Source: Blasia pusilla
Lineage: Eukaryota
DNA: 64,000 bases
NCBI GenBank assembly: GCA_050084515.1
Contig: CM114271.1
Location: 22,258,001-22,322,000, forward strand
Direction of reading: 5' to 3'
Part shown: piece by piece, positions 28,471 through 40,282 of the stretch
How positions within the stretch are numbered: the first letter of the stretch is position 1
How the letters are laid out: every line of letters starts with the position of its first letter
Translations under genes and position numbers: made by a program
The notes under the pieces: model-generated
The model's input: the letters and a program-made list of their open reading frames with translations, nothing else
What the model was told of the DNA's origin: nothing
The model's database searches: none

Positions 28471-29298
28471 TTCTAGGGGCTGGTATTATGGATGGAGAGA
28501 GGAAGAGAGAGAGGAAGAGAGGAAGAGAGGAAGAGAGGAGAGTCTCTCTTCAAAAAGAAGGGCAAAATCCGTCTCCTCTCTTCAATTTTTTTTGACATTT
28601 TTGAAATTTTTGTTTGCTTTCAAATTCATGGAATCTTTAGAAGAGAGTAGCAAGTGGATCACATTCGGGCCTAAAGTAACCTTCTTTTTTGAGGCTTCCA
28701 AGAACAAGTAGACATCATAAGACCGCTACAAATATCCTTCCATCACTCTCCATGTGAGCCCAATTTTCTTCACATTGCCTGTCTAAGCCAGCTCTACAGT
28801 AAGCCGAGCTGAGGGGTATTAATGTCGGAGGACCATCGACAGATAATTTGACCCGAAGTAGCAATTTCACCTCAAGGAAAGGTTCAAATAAAGACTCTAA
28901 CTATGGTCTCAATAGACTCATGTGCCCTTCAAGGTTTAGCTTCTCTGAGGATGTGGGTGACATTATGGATTGTTGACTCTTCTTGCATTAAATATCCCAT
29001 CCGATCAATACTCATCCATGAGGGGGTTTCACAACAGAACAAATCACTAATTACTGATGGTAGCCAAAGACTTTCATGATAGCATTGGATGATGTTGGCT
29101 CATGAATGGGTGCATAAAGTATACCATGGAGTGTTATGCGTTTGACAACTTGGTTTCACCATTCTCTCAACCATTGAGAAATGTATGCATCAAGAAGAAA
29201 ATGTGATGAGACTGAGAGGACAATTGAACTAAAAGGTTGATAGCTATCATGAGTAAAGAGGAACGGATGCACCCATGTCCCTTCATTCAGACCCTTAA

Positions 29299-29710
29299 TG
29301 TCGGAATCCGACAGGTTGTACCCCTTCCAACCCGTCGGAATGCGACAATTTGCAACTCGTCGGAATCCGATTGGTTGCACCCCTTGCAAGCAAGCACACA
29401 ACAACAAAATAAGGATCTTGAGAAGTGATTCCATTCCATCCTGCAACCCATGAGAATCTGACATGAAAATCCGATAAGTAGTAGGAATCCAACACATCTC
29501 TGAAATACCGTGTTAGAGAAGAATGGTGTGATGATCATGGGGGGAACGAGGCAAAAGTGAAGAAGCCTACCAAACTGCCTGAAAAGTTGGACTAACAAGA
29601 AAAGAGTGGGATCACTCAAGCAGCCAACTTGTCGGAATTCGACAAGTTGCTTGCAAGGGGTTTAAAATATTGTGACAAGTTGCAACCCGTCGGAATCCGA
29701 CGGGTTGCAA
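29299..29710. repeat. Palindrome cluster 1 (subterminal)
   Basis: Perfect 15+1+15 copy TTGCAACCCGTCGGA-A-TCCGACGGGTTGCAA at 29680-29710, plus degenerate copies. Confidence 0.9.
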
Positions 29711-30769
29711 AACAAACAACCTCGAGAAGATAGACCAACACAATCGACAAGAACAACAAAAATTCAGCAGAAGTTTACAAAAACTATCATGATTCAAAGA
29801 CCTTGTGTCCTTTATTACATCTGAGGGAAGCTCGAAAATGTGCATTTGATCTTGTCTATGATTTCTTTAGCCTCGTCATCTACAAATTTACTCCTAACTC
29901 TCATAGGTTCCCGTACAAAAGGAATGTCTTGGGATACAAGTGGCTCCTCTGGCCGATTATAGACAAGGATCCAAAATGTTGGGGAATTCGAGATCCTTGC
30001 CCCTCCCCCTAGGTACACCATAACGGTCCCATGTAACATGATTTGAGTCCCAACACCTTCCTCAACGGTAAATCTTGTATGCTCTGCAAGGTGACATCCA
30101 TCCAATATCAATATGTGCTCCGTCCTTGGAAAGCACTAAATCCCTTCTCCAAAACGCTTGAGTAAAGTTGGGTCCAATAAATCTTTGAACTCACTCGTCA
30201 TCGTCCGATAGCTCTTCCAGAATTACTCTCGGCTTTGCCCTCCCGATTTTCGTAATAGTAGGAAGTGATGACGGTGTCACTATCAATGGTGGTTCTAGAA
30301 CTGGAGCTGTTGGCTTTGGAGGAGAGTTGTATACTCCCACTAGCCTATTTGCAAAGGTCAAAAAGTTTGGCCTTCCCTCAAGGCAGAGAATGTTCCTGCC
30401 ACTATGCCATGCACCTCTCATACTCGCCCCTGATAAGCCCACTAAGTCAAAGACCAAGTCACCCGGCCTCGAACAGAGCTCAATGAGCGTTTGCATCAAG
30501 GCAGGTGACTTTTCCCTTCCTCCAAGTAAGGGGGTCCCGTCTTGCATGTAAATTCCCGCGGGGGGTGGGGGATTGTAGAGACTATCTAAGCTGTACCCAT
30601 CGGAGCATGGATCCACTGGATCCGGGATCAGGAACACTTGGAAGTTGTGCTCGGGCCTTACAAAACAGTACAAAAATGAGTGGTCCATCTGTAAACAATC
30701 AGGTTAAAAATAATGTCACCAAAAAGAAAAAGCTAGTAGACCGCTGGTCTACTCTCCATAAATTGACAC

Positions 30770-31275
30770 AATGTGCAAACCATCGAGATCTGACGGGTTG
30801 CTTTTCAACCTGTCATACTAGGTCCATACTAATTACCAACTCGTCCAAACTTGGCCTATAGGCCTGACAGAATAGCGTCTTGTTGAAGTCCGACGGGTTG
30901 TCTTACAACTCTAAGACCCCTTTTTGGCCATGAGCAACCCGTCGGAAGCCGACAGGTTGCTCATCTTGCTGGACAGAACCTCCACTGTTTCGAGTGCGAT
31001 GGTTGGCTTACAACTGAATACAATTGTTAAGAGTTGAGAAGTTCCTAATATAAGAGCAACTCTTCACTTTCAAACGGGTTGCATCAATCCAGAAACACGG
31101 GGAAAAGCAGTGCTACTTGCAACCCGTTGGGTTTTGACGGATTGCAATAAATTGAGACTTGTTGGTGAATTTGCAACCCGTTGCTTTCACACGGACTGCA
31201 ACATCGCAGACACAAGATGTTGGGATCCGACATGTTGCATGCACAGATGCAACCCGTCGGAGCCCGACGGGTTGA
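30770..31275. repeat. Palindrome cluster 2 (last intron of the ParB-MTase gene)
   Basis: e.g. gcaacccgtcggaagccgacaggttgc at ~30934 and tgcaacccgtcggagcccgacgggttg at ~31248. Confidence 0.88.
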
Positions 31276-31944
31276 GAACTAAATTTGTTTAATAAGAGGA
31301 CTTACCCGGACTTGACTCGTCCCCGATCGGAGTGGATACTCGTTTTTAATTACCCATGATTGCGTCGTCCTCCACTTCAGTGACCTCTTCACGCACTGAA
31401 GGTTGAAGAGCTCGTCTTTGCTCCCTCCAGTGAGAACCAAGAAACAACCCCTGTCACTCAAATACGCATCAATAAAAGAAAATAATAGCGCGATCTGGTC
31501 GTACGAAAGCTGGATAGTGTCAGACGGATTGTTGTCCCACAAGCAAAACCTAGAAGGAAAATTCGAAACGAGGAAGTCCACCGCCACCTCCTCAACCACC
31601 CCATGCACCGTCCATGGGGCGTGCCCATTTCGAAGGAGTTTTTGTCCCACCACGTTCAATTTGTCGATGGCAAGTGTCGATTCCTGAGAACTGAAACACT
31701 GCAGCTCATCGACAAGATGAGTCAATTGAACAAGGAAATTTTTCCTGGTGGTTGTTTCCCTATGCCTGCCCAAGGATGATGGAGTGTATTCCACATCCTT
31801 ATCTCCTCCCTCGGACGAACCAAACGTCTCCCACTTCTGCTTTTCTCGAGTCTGCTCTCGGCTTGTGGGAGTCTCTGTTACCTCAAACTCCACATGAGTT
31901 TTCTTGGATGAGGACCTGGTCCGGTCCTCTAGCCCAACTCGCCT

Positions 31945-32090
31945 GGAAAATTCCGCCTCTCACCTGGACGATTCCGCCTCTTGCGTGGACCATTCCGCCT
32001 CTCACCTGGACGATTCCGCCTCTCGCCTGGACGATTCCACCACTCGCCTTGAGGACTCAGCCTTTTTTCAGGAAGACTCCGCCTGAGAAT
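31945..32090 (-). repeat. In-frame 21-bp coding tandem repeat (AESSRxE)n
   Basis: ttccgcctctcacctggacga repeated ~5-6 times. Confidence 0.85.
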
Positions 32091-33460
32091 TCCTCGATCC
32101 CCTTGCCTTCCTCAAACCCGTTGTGGATTTGTCTTTGGCGGTGACAACCTTGCCCACCAACTATGTTGTCTTACGGGCTTGCTCTTCCACATCTCCTTCG
32201 AAAAAATTGTTAGGTTGCACAAAGTTTGGAATGTCGTCCCTACCTACGACCAATGCATCATACACCACGCGTAGATTTTTTTGTGTAATGTCCTCTGGGT
32301 CGTTGAAGTCCAACTAGATTGGACAATTGTTAACATCCCAGTCGGACATGCCTTGTCCCATCTCCATGTCGTACATGGAGAATGCCTCTACATCAGGCAA
32401 AGAAGCCCACAATTTGCAGGCTGCCGGTAATTTTCCTAGGTACCTCCATTCTTACAATTGATGAGGTACCTGTACACCATCCGCTGGGAAAATCTTTGTC
32501 GAGATGACTCGGCCGCCTTGTCTTGAAGATCCCGCTTCTTCTTTGCAAAATCCCCTTTTTGGGCGTCTATTTCCTCATCCAACTCTGCCTGAGGGAGCAT
32601 GTGATTCTTGAACATCATCCTACATCATGGGTTTTTCGTGGGCTAATCTATGATGTCCTCAAGCCATAGTTCAAAATCTTCTACAGCCTCTTGGTTTGCT
32701 TCCTTTGGAACAAGCTCAATCTTCTTCAGCTCCGCTTGAAGACCCACAATCATGGACTTCCCCAGAAGGCGTAACGCGTACCAGAATGACCATTCCCGAA
32801 GCCAATGGGAGATCGCAGGATCTGAAACTCCCGGAGGATTGTGTGTGGCCCTCTTTTGGGCCTCAGTGCCCTCGAGACTGATTTTCATAAGTCAGATTTG
32901 CCTAAACTCGGATATCCCAAAGAGCGCAAATCTGTGCACGCGGTCCAAAGACACTTTCTTGCCGATCCGACCATGTGGATCTTCGTCTCTCTTCCGCTAG
33001 CGCTTGATTATCGCCTTGAGCTCCTTGTGAAACTCCGAGCCAAGTTCGGATTTGAGAATCCCAATGTAGTGCTGCATCTTGCTTGCAGTGTACTTTGTAG
33101 CTGCAGATACGCCGGATTGAATAAACTTTGCACGTTCCGACGCTGATACGTTCTCCCTTCGCTCCAGTTCCAACGAAGCACTCTTCTTGGCTGCGTGGAT
33201 CTTGGACCAACATAGGATTGTGACGGCTGCATCTTGGGAAATGAAGGTATTTGCCCAAGTCTTCTTTTTTACTTGACCTCCCTTTGCCAACATCTCATTT
33301 TCCAGACCATCGCCCAGGAATCCCTTGCACTCTGCCGGATGCGTCAGAAGCACCTTCTTCATCCTATCGCAATCCTAGATCGACTGGTGGGTGATATTTC
33401 CCTCGGATAAAATCTTGAACATCCAAACACAAGGTAAGAATACTGGAAGCTATTGGGTTC

Positions 33461-34275
33461 CTGCAACCGGTCGGACTCCGACGGGTCGCAATTTTGTCAA
33501 CCCATAGGGGTCGAAATGGTAGCACAGAGATAAATGTTGCAACCCGTCGGAGTCCAACGAGTCACAACACATATCTTTGTGTTACACTTATTACAACACT
33601 CTTGAATTTTTTAGAGAGAATTGCAACCCAGTCGGACTCTGAAGTCGGACTCTGACGGGTTTTGGAATGACTTCAATTCGGAGACAAGCTCTCGGAAAAA
33701 AACTGCACATATCAAACCTTATGAGTCCGACGAGTTGTGGAATGACTTCAATTCGGAGATAAGCTCTCGGAAAAAAACTGCACATATCAAACCTTCGGAG
33801 TCCGACGGGTTGTGCGATGCCTTGTAAAGCTGAAATTGGATGCCTAAAAGCAAGCTCTTGTACTCTAACTACCTACCCTTGGGATGTGTGGGGGGATGCA
33901 ACTCGTCGTAGTCGGACGAGTTGCTTTCGGCCAAAAGTATCCGAAAAATACCGGACAGTCCAGCAACTTGTCGGACTCCGAGGAGTTGCTTTTAGGCATC
34001 CGATGATTTGTTAGCTCTCGTTGTGCAACTCGTCGGAGTCCGACGGATTGCAGAACAAATAAATCATGCAGTCATTTTTCCACCCGTCGATGTTTGACTG
34101 GTTTCAGTATCCCGGATTAATCTGGTGTGCTTGGCCATCAGGCAACCCGTTGGACTTCGACCGTTTGCTTGACTACGACATTGACCACAAACAGGATGGT
34201 GGCAAGAGACTCAAATCATTCCTTCCCATCTTTAAGCTTTCCAATTATTCAACCTGTCTGACTCCGACAGGTTGA
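33461..34275. repeat. Palindrome cluster 3 (intron 2 of the ParB-MTase gene), including a ~75-bp tandem duplication at ~33660-33810
   Basis: About a dozen degenerate gcaac(c/t)cgtcgga(g/c)tccgacgggttgc copies. Confidence 0.88.
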
Positions 34276-35889
34276 AGCAATCAAACTTAAAGAAGAGGAA
34301 ACTTACATATTCATTGCATGCATTGCCATTTCCAACATTGCCATGTGATGAGGAAATGGATGGAGCACAACTGCCTTCACGCAAAAATCCGCCTCCAATG
34401 AATTTGGGCGCTCCTCTGCAAACTGCGTCCACACCATGTACCTGTGGTTTCCATCCGAGATGAAGAAGTAAGGGTTCCCCATCCTGCTAAATTTGGTTCC
34501 TTCAATCGCTCTTCTGAACTCTTGATCTCTCATCCTCCAGAAAGTATCCAGCGCCTCCAAGTCCTCTTCCGTCACCACCGCTTGGGTTCCATAATTGTCG
34601 TAAGGTTGAACATAGAATGGAGGGAAGCTGTCGACGTAGGATGTCACTGCCGACTGTTTGAGCTTTGCAATGTCCTCCTCCGACTAAATTTTGCGGACGT
34701 ACCCCATTGTCCGTAATTGATAGAGTGGAATTCTCGGGGCGTTCTGGCCCTCCATCAGTGCCATATGCTTAACAATCTGCCACAATGGGGACCAAGTCAA
34801 TAAAATAATTAGCCTTCACATAACTCAAATTTTTCTTACCTGCTCAAAGATTGGGTCGATGTCGAGGCCTGCCAACTGCTCTGGGATAGCAGCAGGCAAG
34901 TCCACGGTGAAACTCATCGATACGATAAAGGTCGATTTCTTTGGCACGGTTCAAAGACGATGAAGACTCTTCTCCTACTTCTTCAAATATGTCCACCATC
35001 TCCACACTTGCTGTCCTCATGACCTCATTGTCTGTCACTTGAACTTCGGCCGTTTCCTCAACCGATTTTAGATTCATGGTGTCCTTAGACCTCATCAGAG
35101 ACATTTTTTGCATCTCAACACTCTCTGTTGGACGAGCATAGCTTTCTTCAATGGCAATTGCTTTTTCCTTTTGAGCTTTCGCGAATTTTGCTCGCCTCAC
35201 AGAGGCATCAAGACGCTTCTTCTGGTGTTTCTCATCCGCGACTCTTTTCTTCAAGGCCTTTGATGCCTCATCCTCGGCGTTTTGCTTAGCGAGCTCCTCT
35301 AGAACACTTTTTGCTAGAACCTCCTGCGTGTACACATCTGCTTCCCTTTTCCACTCCTCTATTTCTTGTTGCCTTATCTCATTTTCCAAACAAGGACCTA
35401 GAAATGGTGACGTTGGAGTCCTTATGGACTTGGGAGTGATGCTCCTACCTTGGTTGCTTGTGTTTTCTTTCTCGTCATGATGCATGTTGGGTCAGTTCTT
35501 CCTCTTTGACAGTCTAATCTGCTCTTGTGCACGATAGATCCCTCGGAGCATTTCCTGATGAAGCACCGTGACCCTAAACCTGACTCTCTTAGCCTTTCAT
35601 GATGAAGTGCCGTGACCCTCTACCATATGGGCTTGCCAAAATCAAACCCTCGTAGCGTCGGGTGTTGGATCTTTGTAACCTTCTAGCAAAGTGGTGATGT
35701 AGCCGAGTTTGGCAGCGGATAGGAAACGTCAACTGTTGCGAGGAAGAGCACATGAAATCGCGAAATGAAAAACGGGAATGATCAAAACCTCGGCCTTTTA
35801 TACTTTTCCAACCATTGAGCTGACCGTTGGGTGGTTGGGTCATATCGACAGCGACGTGTCGGCCGTTATGGAACTTTGCACGTGGGAAC

Positions 35890-36720
35890 CCGGGCAACCC
35901 GTCGATCTCCGACGGGTTGCACGCTTCCCTCGTCTTGGGGATGCGGGGTGAGTTACCAAGTCAACCTGTCCGAGGCCGACGGGTTGCACGCGTTCCTCGT
36001 CCTCGGGTAACAAGGCAACCCGTCGGAGACCGACGGGTTGCCTGGGTACCTCGCCTTGTTACCCGAGGGCCAAGTTGCACGCTTCCCCCGTCTTGGGGTA
36101 ATAAGGCAAGGTACCCGCGCAACCCGTCGGAAACCAACGGGTTGCACGCTTCCCTCGTCTTGGGATTACAAGGGGAGGTACCCGCGCAACTCGTCGGAGA
36201 CCAATAGGTTGCACACTTCCCTCATCTTGGGAAAACAAGATGAGGTATCCGGGCAACTCTTCGGAGACCAACAGGTTGCAAGCTTTCCTTGTCCTTGGGT
36301 AAGAATGCGACAAAGCATGGTCCCGAGGCAAGCCGTTGACCTCCAACGGGTTACAAGGTCTACCATGGGTTGGACACTTCCCACCATACGGCAAAACTGC
36401 ACTCACGGTTTGCACGATTCATTGGACAAAAGAAATTGACGCGAGATCCAAAAGGGAAAGTGAGGTTAGGTGCCTTACGAATCCGTCGCAGTCCCCAACG
36501 GGTTGCTGTAGCAAATCCATGCGATGTCTCGTATCTCGATGTTAGCAAATCCCGACTCCAATCATATAGGTCAGCCAAGCAAGGGGTACCAACCCAACGG
36601 ACTCCGACGGGTTGCAAGTTACACTCATACTCTTACAGAAGCAGGTACTCCGTGGCTTTGCAACCCACGTGTCTAAGTCCCAAATTTTGCAACCTGTCGG
36701 ACTTTGACAGGTTGCAACAG
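35890..36720. repeat. Palindrome cluster 4 (between the divergent genes), partly in 67-bp tandem units
   Basis: Palindrome starts at 35894 and 35961, then 36119, 36186 and 36253 (67-bp period), most followed by a cacgcttccctcgtcttggg-like sequence. Confidence 0.9.
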
Positions 36721-36995
36721 GATTGAATCCATTGCGTCAGACAATCTCACCTACCAAACAACATATTTTCAGTCGAATTTTATCATGAGAATAACCGTCA
36801 CTGTTCACTATAAATTAAACATTCCCATTCTCATTCTTATTCTTATTCTCATTCTCCACCCAGTGGAATCATCTAGGAATGGATAATTATGTGAAACTCA
36901 CTTGTGGGAGTCATCTAGCGGCCCTTCCTCAATCATAAATAGTTTGATCGCAAGCTCGTGAATCTTTCATACCACTTGATGAAAATTTCCTCTCA

Positions 36996-39900
36996 GTGCG
37001 ATTTCTTCTCCAAATTGGAATAATCTTTGTTTCCAAGGACGTTAAGGTGGACGTTAGGGTGGACGGTATGGAGGACGTTGTAGGTGAGACAGTCCAGCCA
37101 ATGATAGCAGACCGTAAAGTACGGAATCTCCTACCTCTAAAAAATGGTCAATACGGAGTTTATGGCTTGCCTCTAAATTCCTATGTTTCCCAAGTAGACA
37201 GTCCAGAATTTCCTAGTGCACCGAGCTCCACGTTTGCCACTCCAAGCTCAGTAGATCCGGCTTCGACTCCAACTTCAAACGTTCGTAACAATGTTGTACT
37301 TCTTGAAGACATTCCGGATGTCGTCAATCTCAGTGGAACTGTCGGACACCAACCGGGTCTTTTGTTTGCCTACTCGTTCCTCTTGGGAGTATCAGGCAAC
37401 AGTTCGCTGTCATCTCTGCCCTTTAAAATATTCAAGCACATTCTTATCGACGAGATGCCGCCCACGTACGATGGTAATTGCATTTTTGAGTTGCCCCCAC
37501 TTGCTCGTCTTGCTTAAAAGAAAGATGGAGGACGCTTGAAGGATATGGACAGAAAGTCTTATTGTCATCAATGGTGCAGCTTCAATGGACTATTGCTTCA
37601 ATTCGAGATGGTCCTTGGATCGTTTTTCGCCGCCAATGCGTGGAGCCCTAGAGTGTAGAAGTCCTGCATGCCCGTATCTAGAGCGCAATGGGCGAGTCAA
37701 TACGTCACAATTTCCCCCTAAGAACGCAGAAACTCCATATGAGGTCGGTGTGACCATATCGCCGGGAGGCCATCGATATCCTCATTATCAGGCATCCCCT
37801 TTCTACGTTGGAGCGTGTCCTGCATACATATTTTTCATTGTGCACAACTTCAATTCTACGTCCGAGTATACAAGGCTGGAAGTTCATGTTGGCTCCCACA
37901 TTCATCTTGTTACCGGTGTAATTCAGAGACATATCAAGGAGGATGTGGCAAAGAAAGTGGCCGAGGTATATAGAAACTCTCCGGGATCAAAGCTCAGAGT
38001 GATAAAGTTAACAACATCATCACAAATTTGTGAAAAATTGCTTAGAGTCCCTGAGCAGTGCGAGATCATGGCTGCTGAGGAGAAACAACTATGGGAAAAT
38101 CTCGCATTTCTCGCTGATCCAGAATGCTTCTGGAATTTGCTGCCTCAAATACGGGCACTGGATGGAAAGACGGCCGGAGTGGAAGCCATTTCTAGAATCA
38201 AGGTGAACTCAAGATTTCCATTTATTCAAAGATGGCAGTTCATGGGCCAAGGAGGCGAAGGATTCAGGGCTTATGTCTTCAAAATGTCAACGATATGGTA
38301 GTCGAGTGGCCTAGATCTTAAAGATCGAATGAGGGAAGGGGAAGATCTTTACGGCAGGTGAGTAAGCTTTGATATTTGCTACAGAGTGCTGAATGGATGG
38401 TTGACCATGGGTGCTCACGTTTATGACCATGTGCAGAAGGGACTCAAAACTACATTCGTCTGTGAGGTAAAAGCAAAAGACGTTGGCAGTTTGAAGATGT
38501 GTTGGTTACTCTTATTGGAGGTGGTGAAGGAAAACAAAAGGCCACCTCCGGAAATTTATGGATTCATGGCGGAAAATGCACAATCTGGGTGGATTGCTAT
38601 CAGGGAAGTGTTATGGAGTGGACAGGTTCAACCAGAGAGGGAAAGGTCGGATGCTTTCCATTGGCAACAGTCTGCGACCCGGTACACCAAATCTTGCATC
38701 AAGGAGAATAAGAGGACAAAGCATGTCACTCTACTCCAACGTTGTAAGGACAACAAAACCTTGAAACATGCCATGGAGTGCTAAGAAGAACTACATGGGT
38801 GGTGGAGGAAGCATGCAATTGAGGGGAAGAACAAAGAGTTGTGCTCTTGGCTCAGTTGGTGGATTGTACGAATGAGATAATGGGAAAACTTCATGCGTGA
38901 GGTGAGTTCAGTATTTCGTCCTGTCGAGCTCATGTTGACAATTTTTTGAAAAGTTGCAACTCAAGTTGAGAAGTGTGGGCACTATAGGGATTTCAAACCG
39001 AAGAAAAAGCAACCCGTCGAATGCGAAGGGTTGCGTGAGTGTGCAACCTATCGGAAACCGACGGGTTTCCTAAGTGTGCAACCAGTCAAAAACCAAAGGA
39101 GTGCATCAAGAATGTTTGTGTTACCCGTTGGAGCGCGACATGATGCACGAGGAATGTTTGTGCAACCTGTCGGAACCCCATTGGTTGCATGAGTGTGCAA
39201 CATGTCGAATCCCGACGGGTTGCAAGTTGCATGTATACAAGGCTTGCAGATAATTTGACCTGGATGGGTTGCAAGCTGCAAGCCTGCGAGTTAACTTGGT
39301 TAGCAACCCCTCAGATTCCGACAACTTGCATCTGTCTGCAACGTGTCAGATTCCGACTAGTTGCGTCTGTATGCGATTCCTTGCATTAAGACAGGTTGCG
39401 GCTGTCTCCAAGTCGCATCCAAACACGTTGCATCAGTTCAAGTTAACTGGAACCCGTCGAATTCCAATAGTTGCAAAGCTTCGTGTGTGGACATTTCTTG
39501 CAAACCAACGGAATCCGACAGGTTGCACAAGGATTTTTGACACAACCCATCCGATTTCGACGAATTGTAGAAGCAGGTTCCTGGGTGCTGGGTTGTAGTA
39601 AAAGGTTACAGGGACATTCCAGGGATGTCTCCGACTTGCAACCCGTTTCTAGTCGGAGGCTGGAAAATCCATGTGCGACTCGTCGGATTCTGATGACTTG
39701 CACTTGGATCTTCCAGCTCGAAGTGGCCAAAGTTACTTGCAACCCGTCCAAATCCGACGGGTTACAGTAGGTGGTTCCTAGATGTTGCAACACGTCGGAA
39801 ACCGATGGGTCGCAGAGTCATTCATGGGATGCATCTCACTTGCAACCCGTCTGGTTCCGACAGGAAGTTTTTTTCTTTGCTCATAGAGCTATTTTCGTTC

Positions 39901-40282
39901 CCTTCTCACATTGCCGTCGTTGCAGGGATTGAACATTCATGAAAATGCCCTCTGCCCCAATACGAGTGGAGCAGAAAGTGTTCATTCCTCTTGGAGGTCG
40001 TCACAAGCATGCCAAAGAATTTCACTTGTGGAGGCATGCCAACAAGACCAGGCAAGAGCAATGCTACAATCAGCAGCATTCCATATCTTCCTCACAAAAG
40101 GCATAACAAAAGGAAGGGGGCCTTCGATTAACGAGCTCTATGTCAGGGCGGCATTGAGATCTGGTGATGAAAAACTCTATGTGGAAGCCTTCAATCGGTG
40201 CGTAGCAGGAACTCTCCTCGAGCAAGATGTCCACATTGGTGGAGACATTCGTGGGCGTGTTCAAGACTTCCCATACAGATGA
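36996..40282 (+). pseudogene. MULE-like DDE transposase with N-terminal WRKY/GCM1-type zinc finger; one phase-0 intron 38902-39925; several stops
   Basis: LECRSPACPY...CPAYIFFIVH...HVGSHIH; VSFDICYRV..WLTMGAHVYD; GFMAENAQ; RERSDAFHWQQS (C/DxxH); PNTSGAESVHSSW. Confidence 0.78.
39005..39865. repeat. Palindrome cluster 5 (transposase intron)
   Basis: More than 15 degenerate tgcaacccgtcggaatccgacgggttgca copies. Confidence 0.88.

Larger units (their letters stand above)
30191..35485 (-). pseudogene. Spliced gene: coiled-coil N-terminus + ParB/Srx-like domain + C-terminal beta-class N4C/N6A DNA methyltransferase-like domain (several stops and frameshifts)
   Basis: Exons ~35485-34840, 34776-34307, 33460-31306, 30688-30191 with GT-AG ends. 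ParB-like IPLYQL..YVRKI*SEEDIAKLKQS..FISDGNHRYMVW. MTase-like VDFLVSNFP...AYLSDRGCFLVL...EKSPALMQTLIELCSRPGDLVFDLVGLSGASMRGAWHSGRNILCLE. Confidence 0.7.

Noticed and set aside
35827-36726. Overlapping ORFs in the MULE intergenic region and in other palindrome clusters
   Set aside because: Translations of the palindrome (ATRR, QPVG, RRVA) in stop-poor repeats.
35890-39865. CRISPR-like appearance (palindromic ~29-bp repeats with intervening unique sequence)
   Set aside because: Eukaryotic intron context, irregular spacing, degenerate repeats, repeated spacers in cluster 4, and no cas genes.
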